64,000 nt of DNA. Origin: an uncultured Pseudomonadota bacterium (GTDB lineage: Bacteria; Myxococcota_A; Polyangia; Fen-1088). Under the pieces are notes generated by a model. That model ran no database searches. It was not told where the DNA came from and was given only the letters and a program-made list of their open reading frames with translations. Each line of letters opens with the position of its first letter. Position 1 is the stretch's first letter. The position numbers and the translations under genes are program-made. The stretch covers positions 31,891 through 95,890 of the forward strand of contig CAWKBC010000025.1 of the NCBI GenBank assembly GCA_963847705.1, given 5' to 3'. Positions 55,717 through 64,000 of this stretch are shown here, one piece after another.

Positions 55717-57239
55717 TGTCGACCGCCGCGGCCAAGGCGCCCCTCAAGACCGCGCTGACGGCGTCCGCTGACGATGGCGCGACCGAGTCCGTCCCCGGGC
55801 ACTGGGACGATCTCGCCACCTTCGTCCGCTACCTCGAACAGCGCGGGGAGCTCCGGCGCATCACCCAGGAGCTCGATCCGGTGCTGGAGATCTCGGCGCT
55901 GGCGCAGCGGGCCGTCCGCGCGGGCGGTCCGGCGCTGCTGTTCGAGCGGGTGAAGGGGTCGCGTTACCCGCTGCTCATCAACACCTACGCCACGCGGCGG
56001 CGGATCTCCTGGGCGCTGGGTGTCCCCGATCTCGACGAGCACGCGCGCGCCATCTTCGATCTGGTGCGGTCGCAGCCGCCCGTCGGTCTGATGGACAAGG
56101 TCCGCATGCTCCCCAAGCTGGCGCGCATCGCCGCCGCCACGCCCAGGACCGTCCGCAACGCCCCCTGCCAGGAGGTGGTGGAGACCGACATCGATCTCGG
56201 CAAGCTGCCGGTCTTGACGACCTGGCCCGAGGACGGCGGCCCCTACATCACGCTGCCGATGGTGATCACGCGCGATCCCGACAAGGGGACGCGCAACGTC
56301 GGCTGCTACCGGATGCAGGTCTACGACGCCCGCACCACCGGCATGCACTGGCAGCTGCACAAGACCGGGCGCCGCCACATGCGCCGCTACAAGGAGCTGG
56401 GCCAGTCGCGCATGCCGGTGGCGGTCGCGCTGGGCGGCGATCCGGTGCTGCCCTACGCCGCGACGGCGCCGCTCCCCGACGGGATCGACGAGTTTCTGTT
56501 CGCCGGGTTCCTGCGCAGGAAGCCGGTGGAGATGGTGCAGTGCAAGACCATCGACCTGGAGGTCCCGGCCTCGGCCGACTTCATCCTGGAGGGCTACGTC
56601 GACGTCGACGAGCTGCGGCGGGAAGGGCCCTTCGGCGATCACACCGGCTACTACTCGCTGGCCGACGACTACCCGGTGTTTCACCTGACGGCGATCACCC
56701 GCCGCGAGTCGCCCATCTACGCGACGACGGTGGTCGGTCCGCCGCCGCAGGAGGACGCCTGGCTGGGGAAGGCGACCGAACGGCTGTTTCTGCCGCTCCT
56801 GCAGATGACCTTCCCCGAGATCGTCGACATGAACCTCCCGATCGAGGGGGTGTTCCACAACCTCTGCATCGTGTCGATCAAGAAGGAATACCCGCACCAC
56901 GCCCGCAAGATCTGCCATTCGCTGTGGGGGATGGGGCAGATGATGTTCGCCAAGTGCATCATCGTCGTCGACGACGACGTCAACGTGCAGGAGGTGCGGG
57001 AGGTCGCCTGGCGCACGCTCAACAACATCGACGCCAAGCGCGACGTCTTCTTCGCCGAGGGGCCGATCGACGTGCTCGACCACGCCTCGAGCGCCTTCGG
57101 CTTCGGCGGCAAGCTGGGCGTCGACGCCACCCGCAAGTGGAAGGACGAGGGGTTCACCCGCGAGTGGCCCGAGGTCCTGAAGATGGACGCCGCCGTCGAC
57201 GCGCGGATGGCCGCGCTCATGAAGGAGCTGGGGCTGTGA
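55716..57239 (+). CDS. ubiD: UbiD-family menaquinone biosynthesis decarboxylase (MqnL-type)
   Basis: RNVGCYRMQ, EGPFGDHTGYY, VGPPPQED, GPIDVLDH, DATRK. Confidence 0.93.
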   Translation: MSTAAAKAPLKTALTASADDGATESVPGHWDDLATFVRYLEQRGELRRITQELDPVLEISALAQRAVRAGGPALLFERVKGSRYPLLINTYATRRRISWALGVPDLDEHARAIFDLVRSQPPVGLMDKVRMLPKLARIAAATPRTVRNAPCQEVVETDIDLGKLPVLTTWPEDGGPYITLPMVITRDPDKGTRNVGCYRMQVYDARTTGMHWQLHKTGRRHMRRYKELGQSRMPVAVALGGDPVLPYAATAPLPDGIDEFLFAGFLRRKPVEMVQCKTIDLEVPASADFILEGYVDVDELRREGPFGDHTGYYSLADDYPVFHLTAITRRESPIYATTVVGPPPQEDAWLGKATERLFLPLLQMTFPEIVDMNLPIEGVFHNLCIVSIKKEYPHHARKICHSLWGMGQMMFAKCIIVVDDDVNVQEVREVAWRTLNNIDAKRDVFFAEGPIDVLDHASSAFGFGGKLGVDATRKWKDEGFTREWPEVLKMDAAVDARMAALMKELGL

Positions 57240-57958
57240 GCGCGTCGGCCAGCCTGGCCGAAGGGGGCGCGGACGTTCAGGGAATGTTCAACCGCGTGGC
57301 GCGCCGCTACGACGCCGCCAACCGGATCATGTCGGGCGGGATCGACGTGGTCTGGCGCAAGAAGGCGATCACCCGCCTTCTCGAGGGGCTGGGTGAGACG
57401 CCCCGGATCCTGGATCTGGGGGCGGGCACGCTCGACGGCGCGCTGGAGATCGCACGCCGCTCGCCGGGGGCGCGCCTGACCGCGGCCGACTTCGCGCGCG
57501 AGATGCTGCGCGCCGGAAGGCAAAAGTTGGGCAGCGTGGACGGCGGCGGCCAGCGCATCGCCACCCACGCCGCCGACGGGCACGACCTTCCGTATCGAGA
57601 CGCGGCCTTCGACGGCGCGTTCTCGGCGTTCTGTGTCCGCAACCTGCGCGATCTGCCGCGCGGGCTGGCCGAGCTGCGCCGCGTGGTGCGGCCGGGCGGA
57701 CGGGTGGTGATCCTCGAGTTCCTGCGCCCCGAGAAGACGCGGTTCTTCTTCGATCGAATCTGGAACCCCCACGTGCTCCCGCTCATCGGAAGAGCCGTGA
57801 CCGGCGATCGCGAGGCCTACCGCTACCTGCCCGATTCGATCGCCGCCTTTCGCTCGACCGCCGAGTTCGCGGCGCTCCTGGGCGAGGTCGGGTTCGCCTC
57901 GGTGGAGACCAAGGCGCTGTTCCCCTCGGGCGTCGCCACGATGGTGGTGGCCTGGTGA
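57236..57958 (+). CDS. ubiE: Demethylmenaquinone methyltransferase (UbiE/MenG)
   Basis: VQGMFNRVARRYDAANRIMS.GID..WR, LDLGAGT, RVVRPGG, AYRYLPDSI. Confidence 0.93.
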   Translation: MSASASLAEGGADVQGMFNRVARRYDAANRIMSGGIDVVWRKKAITRLLEGLGETPRILDLGAGTLDGALEIARRSPGARLTAADFAREMLRAGRQKLGSVDGGGQRIATHAADGHDLPYRDAAFDGAFSAFCVRNLRDLPRGLAELRRVVRPGGRVVILEFLRPEKTRFFFDRIWNPHVLPLIGRAVTGDREAYRYLPDSIAAFRSTAEFAALLGEVGFASVETKALFPSGVATMVVAW

Positions 57959-58527
57959 AGCTGGTCGTCGCCGTCGGGGGAGCGTCGGGCTCGGTCTACG
58001 CCCGCCGGCTGCTCGACACGCTGGTGCCGCTGGCGTCTACTCTCGAGGTCGGACTCGTCTTCACGCACTCGGGCAGTGAGGTCTGGAACCACGAGATCGG
58101 CGAGGTGCCGCCCTACCCTTTCAAGCGTTACGGCCTGCGCGACTTTCGCGCGCCGTTCGCCTCCGGCTCGGCCGGCTGGGACGCCATGGTGGTCATCCCC
58201 TGCTCCACCGGCGGCCTGGCCCGGATCGCCCACGGGATCTCCGACGATCTGGTGGGGCGCGCCGCCGACGTGATGCTGAAGGAGCGCCGCAAGCTGGTGC
58301 TGGTGGTGCGCGAGACGCCGCTCTCGACGATCCACCTCGAGAACATGCTGGCTGCCACCCGCGCGGGCGCGGTCGTGCTCCCGGCCGCGCCATCGTTCTA
58401 TTCCAAGCCGGCGACGATCGAGGCGGTGCTCGACACGGTGGTCGGACGCGTGCTCGACCAGCTGGGGCTCCCCAACAAGCTGATGCCCCGCTGGGGCGCG
58501 GACCAAGCCAAAGGAGAATCGCGATGA
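57955..58527 (+). CDS. ubiX: Flavin prenyltransferase
   Basis: GASGSVY, ASGS, PCS, RAADVMLKERRKLVLVVRETPL, PSFY.KP. Confidence 0.95.
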   Translation: MKLVVAVGGASGSVYARRLLDTLVPLASTLEVGLVFTHSGSEVWNHEIGEVPPYPFKRYGLRDFRAPFASGSAGWDAMVVIPCSTGGLARIAHGISDDLVGRAADVMLKERRKLVLVVRETPLSTIHLENMLAATRAGAVVLPAAPSFYSKPATIEAVLDTVVGRVLDQLGLPNKLMPRWGADQAKGESR

Positions 58528-59264
58528 GCGTCGAGGCGCGAAGCCTTCCCACGCCCGAGCCGGCGCCCTCGCCCGAATCGCTGGCCACGCTCGACCTGTT
58601 CGCTCTCGGTCGGCAGGCTTCGGCGGCCCGCGACGGGCAGCTCGGCCGGCGCGGAACGTTCATCCGCGCGCGCCAGCTCCTGGCCAGCGGCGGCTGGCGC
58701 GGGCCGCGCGACGCCGCCGAGTCGACCGTCGAGGAGGCGGACCTGGCCGCCGTCGGGGGTCTGCCGGCCCTGCGCGCCGCGGGGATCGATCTCCTGGTCG
58801 CGCCGGCCGATTCGTCGCACGCCCGCGCCGCTTCCCAGGCAGGGCTGCGCATCCTCCTGCGCGTCCCCTACCGCCTGGGCGAGGACGATCGCGAACGTCT
58901 CGACCGGCTGGCCGCGATCGACCAGGCGGCGTACGACGTCTGGGGCCTCATGCCGGCGCCCGCCGGCGAGCCCTACGGTCTCGACACGCTGCGCTTCTTC
59001 GCGCTCTGCCGGTTGGCCCTCCCGCGGGTCCCGCATCTGCTGGCCGACGTCAGCACTCTCGGTCCGCGCCTGGCCCAGATGGCGTTCGGCTTCGGCGCCG
59101 ACGAGCTCTTCGCGCCGATCGTCGCCGAGCGCGCCCTGCGCCTGGGCGCCAACGCCCACAACCCTTCGCTGACCCGCAAGGAGGCCGCCACGCTCATCCG
59201 CGGCGCCGGCCTGGCGCCCTGTGAGCGCCTGGGCAACGGAACGATCGAGGAGGTCCCCGCGTGA
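58524..59264 (+). CDS. Degenerate MqnE/CofH-like protein lacking the radical-SAM CxxxCxxC motif
   Basis: LFALG..ASAAR...GTF and LRFFALCRLALPRVPHL....LG..LAQMAFGFGADEL...LIRGAGLAPCER align by eye with the neighbouring MqnE termini. Confidence 0.75.
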   Translation: MSVEARSLPTPEPAPSPESLATLDLFALGRQASAARDGQLGRRGTFIRARQLLASGGWRGPRDAAESTVEEADLAAVGGLPALRAAGIDLLVAPADSSHARAASQAGLRILLRVPYRLGEDDRERLDRLAAIDQAAYDVWGLMPAPAGEPYGLDTLRFFALCRLALPRVPHLLADVSTLGPRLAQMAFGFGADELFAPIVAERALRLGANAHNPSLTRKEAATLIRGAGLAPCERLGNGTIEEVPA

Positions 59265-60412
59265 TGATCAGTTTCAACCAGATCCGCGACAAGGTTCGCG
59301 CCGCGGAGACGCTGTCGTTCGAGGACGGCGTCGCGCTCTACCAGCACCCGAACCTGATGGAGCTGGGGGCGCTGGCCAACGAGGTCCGCGAGCGGATGCA
59401 CGGCGACCGCACCTACTTCAACCGCAACCTGCACATCAACGCCACCAACGTCTGCGAGGCGAGCTGCCGGTTCTGCTCGTTCGCGCGCCTGCAGCCCGGC
59501 GATCCCGCCGCCTACACGATGACGCTGGAGGAGGCCTGGGGAAAGCTGCGCGCGCGCGTGGCGGCGAACGATCCGATCACCGAGATCCACATCGTCAACG
59601 GCCTGCACCCCGGCCTGGCCTTCGACTACTACACCGACCTTCTGGCCGGCCTGAAGCGCATCCAGCCGACCATCCACCTCAAGGCCTTCACCGCGGTGGA
59701 GATCTTCTACTTCGCCAAGAAGTTCGGGATGTCGATCGAGGGGGTGCTGCAGGCGCTGCGGGCGGCCGGGCTCGATTCGCTGCCCGGCGGCGGCGCCGAG
59801 ATCTTCGCGCCCCGCGTGCGCAAGAAGATCTGCGACGACAAGAGCGACGCCGACGAGTGGCTGGAGGTTCACCGCGTGGCGCACAGGATGGGGCTGCGCT
59901 CGAACTGCACCATGCTCTACGGTCACATCGAGACGGCCGAGGAGCGCGTCGATCACATGCTGCGCCTGCGCGCGCTGCAGGACGAGACGGGCGGATTCCA
60001 GACCTTCATCCCGCTGGCGTTTCACCCCGACAACAACGCGCTCATGAAGCTGCCGGGGCCGACCGGGGTCGAGGACCTGCGCACCTACGCGGTGGCGCGG
60101 CTCCTGCTCAACAACATCCCGCACCTCAAGGCCTACTGGATCATGCTGGGGATCAAGACCGCGCAGACCGCGCTCTGGTTCGGCGCCGACGATCTGGACG
60201 GCACCGTGCAGGAGGAGCGCATCTACCACATGGCCGGCGCGGCGACGCCGCAGGTGATGCACCCGACCGAGATCATTCGCCTCATCCAGAACGCCGGCCG
60301 CACCCCGGTCGAGCGCGACACGCTCTACAACGTCGTCGCCGAGGGGGCGGCGCTCATCTCCGACAAGCCGTTCCGCCGCGACGTTCGCCGCAGCCTGGAG
60401 GTCGTCTCGTGA
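59261..60412 (+). CDS. mqnE: Aminofutalosine synthase
   Basis: INATNVCEASCRFCSF, EIHIVNGLHP, KAFTAVEI, PGGGAEIF, HLKAYW, EERIYHMAGA. Confidence 0.95.
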   Translation: MMISFNQIRDKVRAAETLSFEDGVALYQHPNLMELGALANEVRERMHGDRTYFNRNLHINATNVCEASCRFCSFARLQPGDPAAYTMTLEEAWGKLRARVAANDPITEIHIVNGLHPGLAFDYYTDLLAGLKRIQPTIHLKAFTAVEIFYFAKKFGMSIEGVLQALRAAGLDSLPGGGAEIFAPRVRKKICDDKSDADEWLEVHRVAHRMGLRSNCTMLYGHIETAEERVDHMLRLRALQDETGGFQTFIPLAFHPDNNALMKLPGPTGVEDLRTYAVARLLLNNIPHLKAYWIMLGIKTAQTALWFGADDLDGTVQEERIYHMAGAATPQVMHPTEIIRLIQNAGRTPVERDTLYNVVAEGAALISDKPFRRDVRRSLEVVS

Positions 60413-61250
60413 GCGCCCAGACACAGATCGTTGCCAAGATCCGCATCTCCGCGGTCTCGTTCCTGAACGCGCGGCCCATCACCTACGGGCTCGAGCAGGC
60501 GCTGGGAGCCGCGGATGATCGATTCGAGCTGTCGTTCGATCTGCCCTCCCGCTGCGCGGAGCGGCTGGCGGACGGGGACGCCGACCTCGGGCTCATCCCC
60601 GTCGGCGCCTACGCGGCCAGCGCCGACGAGCTGCGCATCGTCCCCGGGATCGCCATCGCCGGCCACGGCGCCGTGCGCACCGTGCTGCTGGTCGGCGAGG
60701 TGCCCTGGGCCGAGATGCAGGAGATCGCGCTCGACGGCGCCTCGCGCAGCTCGGCGATGCTGCTCAAGCTGCTCTGCCACGAGCGGGGCCTGACGCCCCG
60801 CTTCCGCGAGGTGGCGCACGACGAGGTGCTCGACGCCGCGCGCGGGACGACCGGCGCGCTGGTGATCGGCGACGCCGGCTTCGACGCCGAGACGCGCTTC
60901 CCGCACGTACAGGATCTGGGCGCCGCCTGGCACGAGCTGACCGGGCTGCCGTTCGTCTACGCGGTGTGGGCCGGCCGCCCCGGCGCCGTCGACGCCGAGG
61001 CCGTCGCGGCCCTGCAGCGGAGCCTCGAGGACGGCCTCGCCGCGCGCCCGCTCATCGCGCGCGCCCACGCCGAGGCGCACGGCGGCGATCCGGCCGTCTA
61101 CGAGTCGTACCTGTCGCAGAACATCCGCTATCGCCTGGGGGCCGAGGAGCTCTCCGGGATGGCGGCCTTCTTCTCGCGCGCCCGCGCCGCCGGCCTCCTC
61201 GGGGGAACGCCGCGCGCGCGCCTCTATGAAGGAACCGCGGCGACGGCTCG
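60409..61250 (+). CDS. mqnA: Chorismate dehydratase; no stop codon, probably N-terminal half of an MqnA-MqnC fusion
   Basis: Absent from the ORF track; translated by hand from GTG 60409: VSFLNARPITYGL, PSRCA, SRSS, LVIGD, DLGAAWHELTGLPFVYAVW. Confidence 0.88.
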
Positions 61251-62344
61251 CTGCGAGCAACGGCGCGCGTCCCCGCTCGGTCGACGCGCTCCTCAGCGAC
61301 GCCGCCGCCGGCGGACGCCTGTCGCCCGAGGAGGCGATGCGGGTCTACGCCGAGGCGCCGGTGCTGGAGCTGGGCGCCGCCGCCGACGCGCGCCGCCGGA
61401 TGCTCCACCCCGACGACGTCGTCACCTACATCATCGATCGCAACGTCAACTACACCAACGTCTGCGTCACCCGCTGCAAGTTCTGCAACTTCTACCGCCC
61501 GCCCACCAACAAGACCGAGGGCTACGTGCTGTCGCGCGACGAGCTGGCCAAGAAGTTCCAGGAGACGGTCGATCTCGGCGGCGTGCAGATCTTGCTGCAG
61601 GGGGGGCTCAACCCCAACCTGCCGATCACCTGGTACGAGGAGCTCTTCCGCTGGATGAAGGCGAATTTCCCGCTGGCCATCCACGGCCTGTCGCCCGAGG
61701 AGATCCGCTACATCGCCGAGATCGAGGGGATGTCGATCCGCACCGTGATCGAGCGGCTCATCGCCGCCGGCCTCGACTCGATCCCCGGCGGCGGCGCCGA
61801 GATCCTCGACGACGAGATCCGCCACGCCATCTCGCCGCTCAAGTGCACCACCGACACCTGGATGGAGGTGATGCGGCAGGCCCACGCGCTCGGCCTGCGC
61901 ACCACCGCCACCATGGTGTTCGGGTTCGGCGAGGAGCCGCGCCACATCATCGGCCACCTGGAGAAGCTGCGCGAGCAGCAGGACAAGACGGCCGGCTTCA
62001 CCGCCTTCATCTGCTGGCCGTTCCAGGCCGAGGGGACGCGCCTCAAGCTGCACGACGACACGACCGCCATGCGCTACCTGCGCATCTTCGCGCTCTCGCG
62101 CCTCTACCTCGACAACTTCCCCGGGCTGCAGGTCTCCTGGCCGACGATGGGGCCGGAGGTCGGCCAGGTCGGGCTGCGCTTCGGCGGCAACGACTTCGGC
62201 TCGGCGATGATCGAGGAGAACGTCGTCTCCCAGGCGGGCGCCGTCTTCAAGCTCTCCGCCGAGGACATCGAACGCTACATCCGCGCGGCCGGCTTCGAGC
62301 CGCGCCGCCGCAACATGCGCTACGAGCGGCTCGCCGCCGCCTGA
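61226..62344 (+). CDS. mqnC: Cyclic dehypoxanthine futalosine synthase
   Basis: TYIIDRNVNYTNVCVTRCKFCNFYR, LLQGGLNP, PGGGAEIL, AFICWPFQ, GGNDFGS.MIEENVVS. Confidence 0.93.
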   Translation: MKEPRRRLAASNGARPRSVDALLSDAAAGGRLSPEEAMRVYAEAPVLELGAAADARRRMLHPDDVVTYIIDRNVNYTNVCVTRCKFCNFYRPPTNKTEGYVLSRDELAKKFQETVDLGGVQILLQGGLNPNLPITWYEELFRWMKANFPLAIHGLSPEEIRYIAEIEGMSIRTVIERLIAAGLDSIPGGGAEILDDEIRHAISPLKCTTDTWMEVMRQAHALGLRTTATMVFGFGEEPRHIIGHLEKLREQQDKTAGFTAFICWPFQAEGTRLKLHDDTTAMRYLRIFALSRLYLDNFPGLQVSWPTMGPEVGQVGLRFGGNDFGSAMIEENVVSQAGAVFKLSAEDIERYIRAAGFEPRRRNMRYERLAAA

Positions 62345-62354
62345 GCCTCACGCG

Positions 62355-63569
62355 ATGCGGATCGTCAGCGCGCGCTGGGTCGTCCCGATCGATCGCCCAC
62401 CCCTCGCCGAGGGCGCGGTCGCGCTCGACGACGACGGTACGGTGCGGATGGTCGGTCCGCGAGCGGCGCTGCGCGCCGAAAATTCCGACGCCCCCGAAGA
62501 GCGCGCCGAAGGGGTCCTTGCTCCCCGGCCTGGTCAACGCGCACTGCCACCTGGAGCTGTCGGCGCTGGGCGCGATGGTTCCGGGCGGCGGCGGATTCAT
62601 CACCTGGGCCCGGCGGTTCCTGAAGGAGGTCGGCGAGACCGCGCGCGAGGCCCGGCGGGCGGCGGCCCGCGAGGCGGCGGCCGCGGCCGCGCGGCTCGGC
62701 ACGGCGGCCATCGGCGACGTCGGCAACACGCTCGACGCGGCGCCCGCCATCGGCGCCGCGCGCCTCTGCGGCGTCCTCTTCCACGAGCTGCTCGGCTCGC
62801 GCGAGGCGAGGACCGGCGACGCGCTCGCCGACGCCGCCCGCGAGCGCGCGGACGCCGCGCCGACCTGGCCGGCCGACCTGGGCTACGTCCGCGCGCCGCA
62901 CGCCCCCTACTCCGTCGGCCCCGATCTGCTGCGGAGGATCTTCGCCGCGGCCGCCGCCGAGGGCGGGCCACCTCGATCCACGTCGCCGAGGACGAGGACG
63001 AGCTGGCCTTCCTGCGCGACGGCAGCGGCGCCTGGCCCGCGATGCTGGCCGCGATGGGCATCGACGCCTCGACGCGCGCGCCCGGAAAATCGCCGGTCGA
63101 CTATCTGGCGTCGCTGGGCGCCTTCGACGGACCGGCGCCGCCGCTGCTGGTCCACATGGTCTACGCCGGCGCCGACGATCGCCGGATCGCGCGCCAGGCG
63201 GGCGCGACGGTGGTGCTCTGCCCGCGCTCGAACCTGCACATCGGCGGGCGGCTGGCCGACGTCCCGGCGCTGCTCGACGACGGCGTCGCGATCGCGCTCG
63301 GAACCGACAGCCTCGCCTCGGCGCCCGACCTGTCGCTGTGGGGCGAGATGGCCACGCTGGCGGCGCACTTTCCCGCGGTGCCGGCCGCGCGCTGGCTGGA
63401 GGCCGCCACCCGGGGCGGCGCCCAGGCGCTCGGCCTGCCCGCCCACGGCACGCTGGCGCCGGGCCAGCGCCCCGGCCTGCTCGACGTGCTGGTCGACGAT
63501 CTCGCGGCGCCGGTCGAAGCGCTGGTCCGCGATCCACGCCCCACCCTGCGCTGGATGGCCCACGCATGA
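62355..63569 (+). CDS. Amidohydrolase, probable aminodeoxyfutalosine deaminase (two compensating frameshifts near 62517 and 62965)
   Basis: Frame 1 between the shifts gives LPGLVNAHCHLELS...PHAPYSV; frame 3 resumes IHVAE, LCPRSN, LGTDSLAS. Confidence 0.8.
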   Translation: MRIVSARWVVPIDRPPLAEGAVALDDDGTVRMVGPRAALRAENSDAPEERAEGVLAPRPGQRALPPGAVGAGRDGSGRRRIHHLGPAVPEGGRRDRARGPAGGGPRGGGRGRAARHGGHRRRRQHARRGARHRRRAPLRRPLPRAARLARGEDRRRARRRRPRARGRRADLAGRPGLRPRAARPLLRRPRSAAEDLRRGRRRGRATSIHVAEDEDELAFLRDGSGAWPAMLAAMGIDASTRAPGKSPVDYLASLGAFDGPAPPLLVHMVYAGADDRRIARQAGATVVLCPRSNLHIGGRLADVPALLDDGVAIALGTDSLASAPDLSLWGEMATLAAHFPAVPAARWLEAATRGGAQALGLPAHGTLAPGQRPGLLDVLVDDLAAPVEALVRDPRPTLRWMAHA

Positions 63570-64000
63570 CCACCGCAGCCCCTCCCGACGACACCGGCCC
63601 GGCACCGCTCACCAGGTCGTGAAATTCGGGCGGATGATCAAGTTCGAGCACACGCTGTTCGCGCTGCCCTTCGCGCTGGCCGCCGCCGCCATCGCCGCCC
63701 GCGGCCACGGCCTCTCGCTCGCGCGCCTGGCCGGCATCGTCATCGCCATGGCCGGCGCGCGCACGGCGGCGATGGGGTTCAACCGGATCGTCGACCGGCA
63801 CATCGACGCCAAGAACCCGCGCACCGCCCGGCGCGAGATCCCGGCCGGCGCCATCTCGGTGCGCGCCGCCTGGACGATGACCCTGGCCGCGACGGCCGTC
63901 TTCGTGGGCGCCGCGGCTGCCTGGGGCCGCTCTGTCTGGCGCTCTCGCCGGTCGCGCTGTTTTTTCTCTACGGCTACTCGTTCACCAAGAGGTTCACGGC
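63566..64000 (+). CDS. UbiA-family prenyltransferase (MqnP-type), partial, with apparent indels near 63615 and 63922
   Basis: MIKFEHTLFALPFA, ARTAAMGFNRIVDRHIDAKNPRTARREIPAG, YSFTKRFT. Confidence 0.88.

Noticed and set aside
2632-63854. Many long antisense or alternate-frame ORFs in the track (e.g. 7206-8948 -, 16192-18060 -, 53779-55692 -)
   Set aside because: Shadow ORFs typical of high-GC genomes that overlap well-supported genes.
61240-64000. Multiple frameshifts (near 61249, 62517, 62965, 63615, 63922) as programmed recoding or true pseudogenes
   Set aside because: They cluster toward the window end in conserved quinone genes, have no obvious slippery sites and leave motifs intact; indel errors are the simpler explanation. 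Raw reads are needed to confirm.
60409-64000. A single very long open frame 1 as one giant fusion protein
   Set aside because: It strings together mqnA, part of the amidohydrolase and part of the UbiA gene only because of indels and the scarcity of stops in high-GC DNA.

Overview
High-GC bacterial DNA, most likely Myxococcota/Polyangia (MYXO-CTERM-type secreted proteins, Hanks-type kinase, AgmK-like giant TPR protein, myxobacterial-type LexA boxes). Left to right: queC; a methyltransferase; a small Lys-rich histone-H1-like protein; a GT-C-like membrane protein; HlyC/CorC; several secreted Gly/Thr-linker and Cys-rich proteins plus a Ser/Thr kinase; a 1604-aa degenerate SIR2-TPR fusion; a PimA-like/PgsA-like/flippase-like lipid cluster containing gene debris; two sensor kinases and an XRE-cupin regulator; a decayed ~9 kb island at tRNA-Leu(GAG) (degenerate duplicated tRNA 3' half plus terminator, integrase N-terminal remnant) carrying urtABCDE-fmdAB; lexA with tandem SOS-box-like sites; an ECF sigma/anti-sigma pair; an atypical Pel-like exopolysaccharide locus (pelB-D-E-F-G-like plus divergent DUF2795-like and stand-alone hydrolase genes; no PelC, no deacetylase, PelD-like protein without GGDEF); and a futalosine-pathway menaquinone operon with a Cys-less MqnE/CofH paralogue and a probable MqnA-MqnC fusion. 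Several single-base indels near the right end are probably sequencing/assembly errors. All family assignments come from motif recognition by eye; no database search was run.
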